Both the position numbers and the translations under genes were made by a program. Positions 15,426 to 24,051 of a stretch of DNA of 25,050 bases are shown piece after piece (the first letter of the stretch is position 1; every line of letters starts with the position of its first letter). Source of the DNA: a virus (taxonomy: Duplodnaviria > Caudoviricetes); IMG/VR virus record IMGVR_UViG_3300046817_000395, positions 1 through 25,050 of that record, one strand, 5' to 3'. A model generated the notes under the pieces. The model was not told where the DNA came from. It did not search any database and was given only the letters and a program-made list of their open reading frames with translations.

Positions 15426-17567
15426 CTATTGCCTCGGCCCCACCGGCATCCCCTGGGTCTGGGGCGAAGACGCGGCGTTCATGGCGGCGCGCAGGTCACT
15501 GATGCTGTAATTGCTCTGATAGGGCCGGCCTTCCAACGCATTTAGCGCGGTCGGCGATTGCATCATCCGGCCGCCAAGCATGCGCCGGAACGGCCCTAAC
15601 AGATAGCCAAGCGTGCGGCCTGCTGTGGGCGCCCCGGGTATCCCGGTTGCGCTGCCGACGGCGTGTCCGATTTCGCCAGCGCCCATTGTTACCGGGATAT
15701 CCCGGTTGATGGCGCCCATCGTCTGACCAAGACCACCTTGTCGGGTCGGCGCGTTCAGTGCTCGGGCCACCGTGGCGATGTCCAACGCCCGCTGCTCTTG
15801 CCCACCAAACAGGATCGGACGTGATTCAGAACTCATACCTTCGATGCGAGTCGCCAGCTGTCGCGGCGCTGCCGCGCCCCGGTTCGGGTTGTTGATGGTC
15901 TGGTTTCCGATGTGGCGGATGTAGTCGCCGATGATGTTGTCGAGCGAATTAATCGGCTGTTGTGGTGTGCGCGGGGTTGCCACGGTGGCTTCCAGCATCC
16001 GCAGCCGGGTCGGATCCTGTTCGCCTTGTCTGAGATAGTTGGTCCCCGCGGTCGGGTTGTTTTTAATATCGGCCGTCAATTCGGTTAATTGCTTGTGCGG
16101 CCCGCCCACTGGGTTCTGTTCGGTGCCTTGGTCCATTGCGGCGGCGTAGCGTTCCTGGGTGCGATCGAACTCGGCCGGTGAAACGCCGCGGCGAATGGCG
16201 GCGTCCCGCATCACGGCCGTAGCCGCGTCTTCGGTACTGCCGGCGTAGCGGCTCGGTACCGGATCATAACCTTCACCCGCATTGCGGACGTTGGTGCGGA
16301 AGTCCTTCACCTGGTTATAGGTGCCGCTGGTATCGGTGATATCGCCGGTAACCGGATCACGAGGAAACCGGGATTCGGTCCGGTTGATGCGCGTGTCGAT
16401 CGGAACGGCCGTGGTGGCATCGGTTTCGGCTGAAAGCCGGCGCATCCTGTCGAGGATGGGTTGCCAGTCGATCGGGGTATTCGGGCCGACCCGCTGCATC
16501 AGGCTCTCTTGCGGCGCCGACACTCGCGCCTTCAGTTCGTTGGCGCCCTGCCGGGCCGCCTCGCCCAGGGCCGAGCCGATTTCGCCAGACGACGGCGTCG
16601 GGTTCAACGAACCCCGGGCGTCAGCCATAGTGTTGTAGGCCGCGCCGGTCTGGTCGATGGCGTTCATGCGGCGGTTTTGCGTGAAGTTGGAGGCGCCCCA
16701 GCGGTTGGCGTTGCTGTTTTCCCGCATCCGAACGGTGTCGTTGCCGAGCGCGCTGGCCGGCAACTCGACGCCGATATTGCGCGCCGCCTGCGCGGTGGCC
16801 GCGGCGTCCGGGTTGTTCATGCCGCGGTACTTCCAGTCGATGTAACGGCTTGGCATCTCTGCGCTGGCACTGGCGCCGTGGGCGCCCAGGACGCCGCCGA
16901 TCAGCGCGCCCGTCTCCGGGTCGAGGCCGAAGGTGTGAGCTACGTTGGCGCCAACCTCGCTGCCGTAGTGTCCGGTCACTGTCGGTACGGCGGTTTTGGT
17001 GGCGAGACTGCGCATTATGTCGAGTATTGCCGAGCCCGCCGTTTTCGCGGCCATTCCAGCCTTGAGCGCCGCCGTGCCGCCGCCGCCGAGCAGTGCGCTG
17101 GCGCCGCCCTCCAGCAGCTGCCGGGACAGGCTGGCATCCGGCGCCATCTCCTGGGCGCCGAGCATGCTCAGTACCTTTGGTCCCAGGTACGGCACCTTGG
17201 TCGGCGGCATGAATCCCGCTCGGGATCCGGCGTTGAGCCCGGCGATGATGAGGTCCGGGATGCCGGTCAGTGCGCCGACGCCGACGCGCGCCGCGGTGTT
17301 GTAGGTCGAGTTCGGATCGCCGGGCGGACCGGCCGGTGCCTCGGTTGGTGCCGTTGCATCCGGTGCAGTCGCCGCGGCGGGCGGTGCGGCTGGTGCCGGC
17401 GGCGGCTCGTTCGGCGTTACGACAACTGTCGGCAGCGGCTCTTCTGGATTGCCACCTTCGCCGATGAGCTGCTTGAATTGTTCGGCCTTCGCCTTGAACT
17501 CGGGCGTGTCCTTGAGGTGTTGATTTTGAGTAGCCCACTGAACCAGGCTGTCTGCGGTTTCGGCCAT
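15426..17567 (-). CDS. Internal virion / DNA ejection protein
   Basis: 713 aa, Ala/Gly-rich hydrophobic helices, position in the podovirus ejection-gene block. Confidence 0.65.
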   Translation of the reverse strand: MAETADSLVQWATQNQHLKDTPEFKAKAEQFKQLIGEGGNPEEPLPTVVVTPNEPPPAPAAPPAAATAPDATAPTEAPAGPPGDPNSTYNTAARVGVGALTGIPDLIIAGLNAGSRAGFMPPTKVPYLGPKVLSMLGAQEMAPDASLSRQLLEGGASALLGGGGTAALKAGMAAKTAGSAILDIMRSLATKTAVPTVTGHYGSEVGANVAHTFGLDPETGALIGGVLGAHGASASAEMPSRYIDWKYRGMNNPDAAATAQAARNIGVELPASALGNDTVRMRENSNANRWGASNFTQNRRMNAIDQTGAAYNTMADARGSLNPTPSSGEIGSALGEAARQGANELKARVSAPQESLMQRVGPNTPIDWQPILDRMRRLSAETDATTAVPIDTRINRTESRFPRDPVTGDITDTSGTYNQVKDFRTNVRNAGEGYDPVPSRYAGSTEDAATAVMRDAAIRRGVSPAEFDRTQERYAAAMDQGTEQNPVGGPHKQLTELTADIKNNPTAGTNYLRQGEQDPTRLRMLEATVATPRTPQQPINSLDNIIGDYIRHIGNQTINNPNRGAAAPRQLATRIEGMSSESRPILFGGQEQRALDIATVARALNAPTRQGGLGQTMGAINRDIPVTMGAGEIGHAVGSATGIPGAPTAGRTLGYLLGPFRRMLGGRMMQSPTALNALEGRPYQSNYSISDLRAAMNAASSPQTQGMPVGPRQ

Positions 17568-17569
17568 CG

Positions 17570-19255
17570 TCAGCCCCCGAGTCCGAATGCATTCTTACCG
17601 CGTTCAATAACTTGCGGAGGTACGGTCGACGGTGTTGCGGGCGGTGCTACCGTTGGCGGTGGCACCGGCCGCGGTTGGGTTGCGAGTCTTCTTCCAGCGC
17701 CCGGACCGCCCGTCGTATCAGTCTCGTTTTGCACAGACATCGCCCTGGCGCGATCGAATGGCACCATCGGTACCAAATCGGGGATCACCGCTTTTGGCGC
17801 GAGTTGGGCGTTCGTTGCCGCCTGGGTGAAGAACTTCTGTTTCATTTCCGCCGCTTGCTGAATACCGGCCATGTGGCGTTGCATCGTCTCGATGATGTTG
17901 GCGCGGGTACGTGAATCAAGACCCTTGCCGCTGGCCTGGCCGAGCATGGTTTGAAATTGCTCGGGCCAGCTTCCAACCTGGCCGACCATTTTCACTTCGG
18001 CGTCCCGGACGCCGGTCAGGCTGTCCAGCAGCTTGACGAAGCCGTAAACGATATCGAGGTCGGCAGCTTTGTTGCCGGTGTAGGCTGATTGCACCGCAGC
18101 ATTCCAAGTCGTTGCCGCGGTGACATAGTTTTTGATCTCCGGCTGCTCGGCGTATTCCTTGCGCAACTCAACCGCGCTGCCCGGCAATTGTCCGACAACG
18201 CGATCGGCATTGTAATCGACGGGTTGCGGTGTCGTCGCCGCGCTGCCGGGTGCCGCCACGCTGCCGGGAGCCGCAGCCGCAACATCACCACCCACTGCGC
18301 CGGCCGGCAGCATCTTCACCACCCAAGGCGGGATCGGAGTCTTCTGCACATATTTTATGGTTTGATTACCGCCGGCGCCGGGTTCCACGGTGCGTTCTGG
18401 TTGGTAGGCGGTGGTGACCAGTTGATCGATCGTTGCCGCTTGTTCCGGCGTAGGAACACCGCCGCGCAGGTTGTTGGCGATAATGGAGAGCCGCTGGATC
18501 GCGCGCTCTTTGTTCAGTCCTTGGGTGTTGCTTTGCGGGCTCGCGACGACAAGCGACTCGCCCGGCTGAAGGATGCCGCCCGGTCCCATCAACGGACGAC
18601 CCGTGGCGATTTCGGTTCTGTTGTTATTCGAGGTTACCGACCTTCCCGTCCATCCTCCATCTTTGTCCATGACGTCGAAGGTGTGCGGGGTTGCCGTGCT
18701 CTTCTCGGCGTCGGTCATGAACTTGTGGTTTGCCAGGAAGTTCAGCCGATTGCGTTCGTTGACGTCGGCTGGCACCCCGCTGCCGCCGACGATGGCGGAC
18801 GCGATCAGCGGTCCGTATTCGTCGGCCTTGCCGAGCATCGTCTGCTGCCGGTACGCCGCTATCGCCAGTTTGTTGTAGGAGTCCAGCTGCGCCTGCTGGC
18901 GCGGGTCAATGAACTTCTCTTGCGTGGTGTACGACGGCAGCACCGTCGTATCGCCGATCTGCGCGGTATCCCCAACATCAGCTGGGTTCACCGGCCCCTG
19001 CGGCTGGAATTGGACGTCGCGGATACTCGGTTCCACTGTCTTTTGCAGGGTGTCAGGGAACGCCTTGAAGGCCTCCTGTCCGGCGTTCCATTTCTCGGTG
19101 GCGCGTGCCCGCTCCTCGCGTGCCTTCAGGATCTCCTCGACCGCAAGGCTGTTGTGCAACGCCTTGCCGGGCGCATTGCCGATGTCGGTGACGATGCCGC
19201 TTAATGCATTACCCAGCGAAGGATCTTGTTGAAACCGCAGGAAATCCGAGGCCAT
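17570..19255 (-). CDS. Internal virion / DNA transfer protein
   Basis: 561 aa; ADLDIVYGFVKLLDSLTGVRDAE resembles a motif recalled from podovirus DNA-transfer proteins; TGATG coupling. Confidence 0.65.
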   Translation of the reverse strand: MASDFLRFQQDPSLGNALSGIVTDIGNAPGKALHNSLAVEEILKAREERARATEKWNAGQEAFKAFPDTLQKTVEPSIRDVQFQPQGPVNPADVGDTAQIGDTTVLPSYTTQEKFIDPRQQAQLDSYNKLAIAAYRQQTMLGKADEYGPLIASAIVGGSGVPADVNERNRLNFLANHKFMTDAEKSTATPHTFDVMDKDGGWTGRSVTSNNNRTEIATGRPLMGPGGILQPGESLVVASPQSNTQGLNKERAIQRLSIIANNLRGGVPTPEQAATIDQLVTTAYQPERTVEPGAGGNQTIKYVQKTPIPPWVVKMLPAGAVGGDVAAAAPGSVAAPGSAATTPQPVDYNADRVVGQLPGSAVELRKEYAEQPEIKNYVTAATTWNAAVQSAYTGNKAADLDIVYGFVKLLDSLTGVRDAEVKMVGQVGSWPEQFQTMLGQASGKGLDSRTRANIIETMQRHMAGIQQAAEMKQKFFTQAATNAQLAPKAVIPDLVPMVPFDRARAMSVQNETDTTGGPGAGRRLATQPRPVPPPTVAPPATPSTVPPQVIERGKNAFGLGG

Positions 19256-19950
19256 CAGGCGCTCCCCATGCTCGATGCCAGCGTGTTGCCGAGCCGCTGG
19301 CCCGTGAACTGGGCGCCGGCGGTTGCCAGGCCGCCGGCCGAGCCACCACTGTACTGCGCGATGTGAATGGGTTCGACCGATTTGGCGATGTTGTAGGCCG
19401 ACAGGTCGCCGGCGCGCTCGTTGCCGGCCAGGCGGATGTCCTGGCCTGCAGCATTGAAGATGGTGTTGGCGCGGTTGGTCAGGCCGTACTGCGAGCCGCC
19501 GTAGGACTGCACGTTGGCGAGCGCGGCGATGCGCTTGCGCGCCTCGACCGCGGCCTGCTGGATGCTGCCCTGGATCTGGGTCTGCATCTCCTGCGAGCCG
19601 CCCTGCTGGCCCGAAAACATCGCGCTGGCGAGCGCATTCGGATCACCAGCCGCCTGCTTGGCAATGTCTTCCGGCGTCAACGATGTCGTCAGCCGGTCAG
19701 CTTCCTTGCCTTGCGCCAGCGTCTGGTTGGCGGCGCTGAGCTCGTCGAGCGAGCCCTGTCGCGCCGCTTCGGCGTTCTGGCGCAGGCTCTCGTCGCGGGC
19801 CTGGAAGTCCTGCGACTGCTTGCGCTGGTAGGCGACCCATTGATCATTGGCAGACTGCTGCTGGCTCGCCATGTCGGCTTGCTGCTGCATGTTGTACATC
19901 TGCATGCCGATCGAGAAGCCCAGGCCAATGATCGAGATCGGGTCGCACAT
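19255..19950 (-). CDS. Internal virion protein, T7 gp14-like position and N-terminus
   Basis: MCDPISIIGLGFSIG start (MC plus hydrophobic stretch), Gln/Ala coiled coil, Gly-rich C-terminus. Confidence 0.65.
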   Translation of the reverse strand: MCDPISIIGLGFSIGMQMYNMQQQADMASQQQSANDQWVAYQRKQSQDFQARDESLRQNAEAARQGSLDELSAANQTLAQGKEADRLTTSLTPEDIAKQAAGDPNALASAMFSGQQGGSQEMQTQIQGSIQQAAVEARKRIAALANVQSYGGSQYGLTNRANTIFNAAGQDIRLAGNERAGDLSAYNIAKSVEPIHIAQYSGGSAGGLATAGAQFTGQRLGNTLASSMGSA

Positions 19951-19954
19951 AAGC

Positions 19955-20599
19955 TTAACCCTGCGTCGTAGTGATGTTGCCTTGGCCACGGCCACTGGCA
20001 GCGGCGAGCTGACGGTTGGCTTCGGACTGACCGACCGCCGGAGCTATTGCCGAGCCCAGGCCGATCGCGATCGGCTTGAACATATCACCAAGCGCGCTGA
20101 CGTTCGGCTGCTGCAATTGGGCGTTGGCCGCGGAGTTCGCCGCGGTGTTGGCGGCGACGGTCGGGTCTTCGGTGGCGTACAGCTGGTTATAAGCCTGCTG
20201 TTGCTGGGCCGCGATCGACTGACGCAAAGCCGCCGTATCAGTGTCGGCTTTGGCGCGTAAGCCTGCTTCATTGACGCCCTGCTGCTGGGTCAACTTGTTC
20301 TGCACGAAGCCGGCGGCGCCGGAACGTAACAGTCCAGCTCGAGCCAGGTCATTCTCGGCGTTACGTTTTGCTTCAGTGTACTGGGTACTCAGCTGCGGCA
20401 GCGTGTAGTCCAGCTCGGCGTTCTTGTACTTGTCGTAGAACGGATCGCCGAAGTTGTCGTTACCAAAGATGTTATCGATCGCGGTCTTGCCCTGGTTGAG
20501 CCGGGCCTGGCGCGCGTTCTCTTTGTCTTTGGCTTCCTGTGCCTGCTGCATCTGCAGCTGCACGGCTTGGTTATTTGATGGTCCGCTTTTGCCACCCAT
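19955..20599 (-). CDS. MGGK-start virion-module protein 4 (Gln/Ala-rich helical, probable ejection protein)
   Basis: MGGKSGPSNNQ...; LARAGLLRSG; coupled by the CAGGTGTGAC junction. Confidence 0.8.
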   Translation of the reverse strand: MGGKSGPSNNQAVQLQMQQAQEAKDKENARQARLNQGKTAIDNIFGNDNFGDPFYDKYKNAELDYTLPQLSTQYTEAKRNAENDLARAGLLRSGAAGFVQNKLTQQQGVNEAGLRAKADTDTAALRQSIAAQQQQAYNQLYATEDPTVAANTAANSAANAQLQQPNVSALGDMFKPIAIGLGSAIAPAVGQSEANRQLAAASGRGQGNITTTQG

Positions 20600-20600
20600 G

Positions 20601-20939
20601 TCACACCTGTGTATTTGTTGTATTGGGATCTTTTCCGTAATCTTCCCAGAACTTCGGCGGCGTCAGTACAGCCTTCTTGGCGACGTCTCCGGTGGTGTCC
20701 TTGGTCGTCTCAGTGCCGGACACGCCTTCGGCCGGCGCAGTAACACTGGTTACGGTATCCTGCGGCTTCGCAGTGGCGGCCGCGGCGGCTTTCTTGACGT
20801 CGATGTTCGACTGAATCTTGGACATGTCGACCGGCGCCGTGTTGGCGAGCGTCTTCGTTGCTTCTTCGACTGTCGAATTGCCCGACTTGTCGACGGGTTG
20901 CTGGTAGTAGTTGCCGCCGCCGCCACCCTTACCGCCCAT
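20601..20939 (-). CDS. MGGK-start small virion-module protein 3
   Basis: MGGKGGGGGNYY...TTGDV...PPKFW...TQV*. Confidence 0.75.
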   Translation of the reverse strand: MGGKGGGGGNYYQQPVDKSGNSTVEEATKTLANTAPVDMSKIQSNIDVKKAAAAATAKPQDTVTSVTAPAEGVSGTETTKDTTGDVAKKAVLTPPKFWEDYGKDPNTTNTQV

Positions 20940-20940
20940 G

Positions 20941-21234
20941 TCACACCTGCCCTGTTAGGTTGGTGGGATCCGCAACGGATTGCGCCAGCAAGTCGCCGGT
21001 TGTTTTCATGGGATCCTTTGTCACTTCCACCTGGCTTATCGCCTCGCCTGGCGAGATCGGCGAAATATCAGGCGGCGGTGCCGCCGGCGGCGGTGCGTCT
21101 GGTGGCGGCGGTGGCGGCGGTGGCGGCGGTGGCGGCGGCGCTTCGGGTGCAGCTGGCAGCGGCACGTCAGGCGCCGGCGGCGGCGGGGCGGTCTCCGTCT
21201 GCATCTGCTGATTGCTTCTGCCTTTGCCGCCCAC
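20941..21234 (-). CDS. MGGK-start small proline-rich protein 2 (GTG start)
   Basis: MGGKGRSNQQ...13 consecutive Pro...SPISPGEA...TTGDLLAQS...GQV*. Confidence 0.75.
   Translation of the reverse strand: MGGKGRSNQQMQTETAPPPPAPDVPLPAAPEAPPPPPPPPPPPPPDAPPPAAPPPDISPISPGEAISQVEVTKDPMKTTGDLLAQSVADPTNLTGQV
21101..21139. repeat. 9-bp coding microsatellite encoding a 13-residue polyproline
   Basis: (GGTGGCGGC)x4 plus GGC on the + strand. Confidence 0.9.
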
Positions 21235-21235
21235 G

Positions 21236-21631
21236 TCACACCTGCCCTTTGTTTACCGTTAGGCTGTCGCCGGACGATTGCTTTAGTTGGTCTTGCCACA
21301 TCGCTGGCGCGATCGATTGCGCCATGAGGTTGCCGGTCGGTTGTTTGGTGTCCGGTGTGGTCACCGCGTGACCTGGCGATATCGGTGAAACATTAGAGGT
21401 CGGTGGCGGCGCCGCGGGCGTGGCCGGCTGTTCTATCGCTGGCGTTTCCGCTGCGGCCGGAGCGGCCATAGGCGCGGCTTCGGGTGTGGGTGTGGGCGGG
21501 TCAGCAGCCGCCGGCCAGTTCGCTGGCAGTGGCTGGCCAAAGAAGGCGTGCATGACATTCTGGTTCGCTGCCGTGACGGCCTCATCCTGGGTCATCATCT
21601 GGCCGTTGCTGCCGGGAGATTTTCCACCCAT
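21236..21631 (-). CDS. MGGK-start small Pro/Ala-rich protein 1
   Basis: MGGKSPGSNGQ...SPISPGHA...TGNLMAQS...GQV*; TGATG overlap with the GNAT gene. Confidence 0.75.
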   Translation of the reverse strand: MGGKSPGSNGQMMTQDEAVTAANQNVMHAFFGQPLPANWPAAADPPTPTPEAAPMAAPAAAETPAIEQPATPAAPPPTSNVSPISPGHAVTTPDTKQPTGNLMAQSIAPAMWQDQLKQSSGDSLTVNKGQV

Positions 21632-22140
21632 CAGAGTTTCTTTCTGAAGATCATGCCGACCGGCTCGGCGCCGAAGTGCCGGCCGATCATGTTCATGAGG
21701 GAGTTCTGCTCCTTCATCCCCGAGCAGATGGGAAAATTCATCACCTTGCAGCCATCGGCGCGGGCCAGCGTGATGACGGTTTCGATCAACCTGCGCCCAA
21801 GGTCAGTGCGGCGATACTTTGGTATAGTGTAAGTCTCGTCCATCACCGCCATTGGTTCAGAGAACACACCGAACACATGGTATGAACAGACACCTACCAT
21901 TTCATCGCCGTCCATCGCCAGGACGTACATGGCGAACTGAGTGCCGATCGCGGCTTGCAGGTACACCCTGGTCCGCTCTTGGTGGTACTTCAGGAACTCC
22001 GACCACTTCGACAGCTCGAAGAAATGCCCCAGGAATTCGGCGACCATCGCCGCATCCTTGGACTCGCCCATGCGGATATTAATGTGCGGGGTACGCACAG
22101 TCCGCTTGGGCTTCTTGAGTTCGGTGACTGCCATATTCAT
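21631..22140 (-). CDS. GNAT family N-acyltransferase
   Basis: INIR....D start, VLAMDGDEMVG strand, acyl-CoA motif A YTIPKYRRTDLGRRLI...ARADGC. Start uncertain (22140 or 22134). Confidence 0.85.
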   Translation of the reverse strand: MNMAVTELKKPKRTVRTPHINIRMGESKDAAMVAEFLGHFFELSKWSEFLKYHQERTRVYLQAAIGTQFAMYVLAMDGDEMVGVCSYHVFGVFSEPMAVMDETYTIPKYRRTDLGRRLIETVITLARADGCKVMNFPICSGMKEQNSLMNMIGRHFGAEPVGMIFRKKL

Positions 22141-22597
22141 CAGATAGCCATCGGTAAGAGACAAAGTCTTCGCCGTAAGTGCCATAGCCGGTCAGCGTGC
22201 CTTCGGCCTTGGCACCAATCAAACTCATGAAACGTCTGACATCGTCGCGCTTACGCATTGCCACCGCCTCGACGCGGTGGATATTCAGGTCGACTAATAG
22301 TGGCAGGACAAATCCGCGGATCTGCTTGACCATTGGTAGCACGGCGCGGCCCCAGTCGTCAGTGCCGAAGGCGAATCCGGCACCGACGCCCTGGCGCTTC
22401 TGCACCAGGCCCCACACTGCGATTGGACCGCAGTCAAAGCCCCAGGCGCAAAAAGCAAACAACTTGTGCCGCATGATCTGCACGGCGAGCTTACTGATGT
22501 CGGTGCCGGCCGCTGTCATCTCTTCGACATCGGCCGCACGCAGACCTTGCAGCACATGATCGATCATGCCCCGGTCGGCGACCGCGATGTTGATCAT
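22079..22597 (-). CDS. T7 gp13-like GNAT-fold virion assembly protein
   Basis: LQGLRAADVEE, IAVWGL, FAFGTDD, HRVEA...RFMSLIGAKAEG; directly after the nozzle gene. Confidence 0.7.
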   Translation of the reverse strand: MINIAVADRGMIDHVLQGLRAADVEEMTAAGTDISKLAVQIMRHKLFAFCAWGFDCGPIAVWGLVQKRQGVGAGFAFGTDDWGRAVLPMVKQIRGFVLPLLVDLNIHRVEAVAMRKRDDVRRFMSLIGAKAEGTLTGYGTYGEDFVSYRWLSDEYGSHRTQEAQADCAYPAH

Positions 22598-24039
22598 CCG
22601 GTCTCACCTCCCTGGTAGTGGACGATCAGGTTGGATAGCACCTGCGGGCCGATGTCCTGCGAGCGCAGCCGCAGCGACATGTGAGTGGTGTGGCCGTACA
22701 GCTGGATCTTGCCCTGCGGGAACGACGGGCCGTCGAAGATACCGATGAAGTCTTCAACCGTAGAATCTTGAACATTGAACGCGGCCGACACCTGCCACGG
22801 CACGCCGGTACAGGTGGCGTCGAGCGCGGCGAAGGACTTGAAGGTGGCGACGCCCTCACCGGCGTGGAATGGGAAGATCAGCTCGACCGGGCAATCATCA
22901 TAGGTCGGACCGACGTCGGAGATGCCGCCGTAGGCGTAGACCTGATTCTTGTCGTCGCGAACCACCACACGGTTTTTGTATATGCAGGCCGCGGTGATGA
23001 CGAAGCCGGCGTCGTACTCCGACCAGGCTGTGATCTTCGGGCCGGGGAAGGCCGATAGAACGTATATTTTGGATGTCAGCGGCGCATCGGGCGTGGCTTG
23101 CGAGCCGGCCATGATGATCCAGAACCGGCCGGTGACCGGCTGCAGCAGCGCGATGGTGCCGCTCATCCAGTCCTGGCCCATGCTGCGGAACAGATCCTGG
23201 AGCAGTGGATCCAGCGGCGAGCCGATGTCGGACACCGCCGCCGCTAGTGAAGAGTTCCTGGCGCGGAGCGATCTTACGCCAGACTGCGACAGGTACATCA
23301 CGTCGCCGGAGCCATACTGCATAACACTGCGCCAGGCCGTGGTGCCGGCCTGGCGCAGGGTCTGGACGTACTGATTCTTGGTGAAGTCCGGGTCCATGAT
23401 CCACAGCTGCACCGCGGTCGATGAGAAGATCGCCAGCTTGTCGTAGTACACCTCCAGCGCCACGCTGTCGGACATGTCGCTGTCGCCCAACGAGAGGTCG
23501 ATGTAGTTGGTGTATTTCGACGGGTCGTTCGGGTTCAAGCCAGACCAGTCACCCGCATTGCCGTTGGCGGAAAAATACAATATGGAGTTTTCCACCGTGT
23601 ACATCTTGTTCTTGTAGGTCCGGCAATAGAAGCCGCGCGCCCACGGCTGGTCGACGCCGTCGTAGTAGCGGCCGACCGTGCCGGCAGCGTCCTTCCACAA
23701 CAGGGTGAAGACCTTGTTGTCGAACAGGTCGTAGTCGATGATCTCAAAGATGGTTGGCGTAGCCTGGCCGAGCACGCCGACTGACCAGGTGCCGGACGGC
23801 GGCTCGACGGTGTAGGGGCCGTTCGGGCCGAAGGCATAGAGCTTCTGGTTAACTTCGACGATACCTTTGCTTAATGGATCGCACGACCAGAATGGCACAA
23901 AAGCCATCCGCTTCTCGATCTCACCACCAGGCGTGACATGGCAGTTGGTCATCGCCCGCAGCGTGCCGGCCGGCGCAGTCAGTTCGGATCTACGCAGATC
24001 CAATCCGGCAGCAAAGTCGGTGATGGTAAAATATGGCAC
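22594..24039 (-). CDS. Tail tubular protein B / nozzle (beta-propeller-like)
   Basis: TDFAAGLD...NC..TPGG.IEKR N-terminus, LYFSA, ITAWSEYD; beta-rich; follows the adaptor gene. Confidence 0.75.
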   Translation of the reverse strand: MPYFTITDFAAGLDLRRSELTAPAGTLRAMTNCHVTPGGEIEKRMAFVPFWSCDPLSKGIVEVNQKLYAFGPNGPYTVEPPSGTWSVGVLGQATPTIFEIIDYDLFDNKVFTLLWKDAAGTVGRYYDGVDQPWARGFYCRTYKNKMYTVENSILYFSANGNAGDWSGLNPNDPSKYTNYIDLSLGDSDMSDSVALEVYYDKLAIFSSTAVQLWIMDPDFTKNQYVQTLRQAGTTAWRSVMQYGSGDVMYLSQSGVRSLRARNSSLAAAVSDIGSPLDPLLQDLFRSMGQDWMSGTIALLQPVTGRFWIIMAGSQATPDAPLTSKIYVLSAFPGPKITAWSEYDAGFVITAACIYKNRVVVRDDKNQVYAYGGISDVGPTYDDCPVELIFPFHAGEGVATFKSFAALDATCTGVPWQVSAAFNVQDSTVEDFIGIFDGPSFPQGKIQLYGHTTHMSLRLRSQDIGPQVLSNLIVHYQGGETG

Positions 24040-24051
24040 CGACCAGCTCCA

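Noticed and set aside
20588-21248. Junction repeats as a CRISPR array or integron attC sites
   Set aside because: The core is only 10 bp, non-palindromic, and separated by about 300-bp coding genes.
12715-21371. Long + strand ORFs such as 16461-17861, 18089-19204 and 20454-21371
   Set aside because: Antisense shadows of GC-rich virion genes, with no recognisable motifs.
19955-21631. MGGK as a canonical eukaryotic myristoylation signal or RiPP precursor
   Set aside because: Position 6 is not Ser/Thr, there is no leader/core layout, peptidase or transporter, and the context is a virion operon. Kept only as an analogy.
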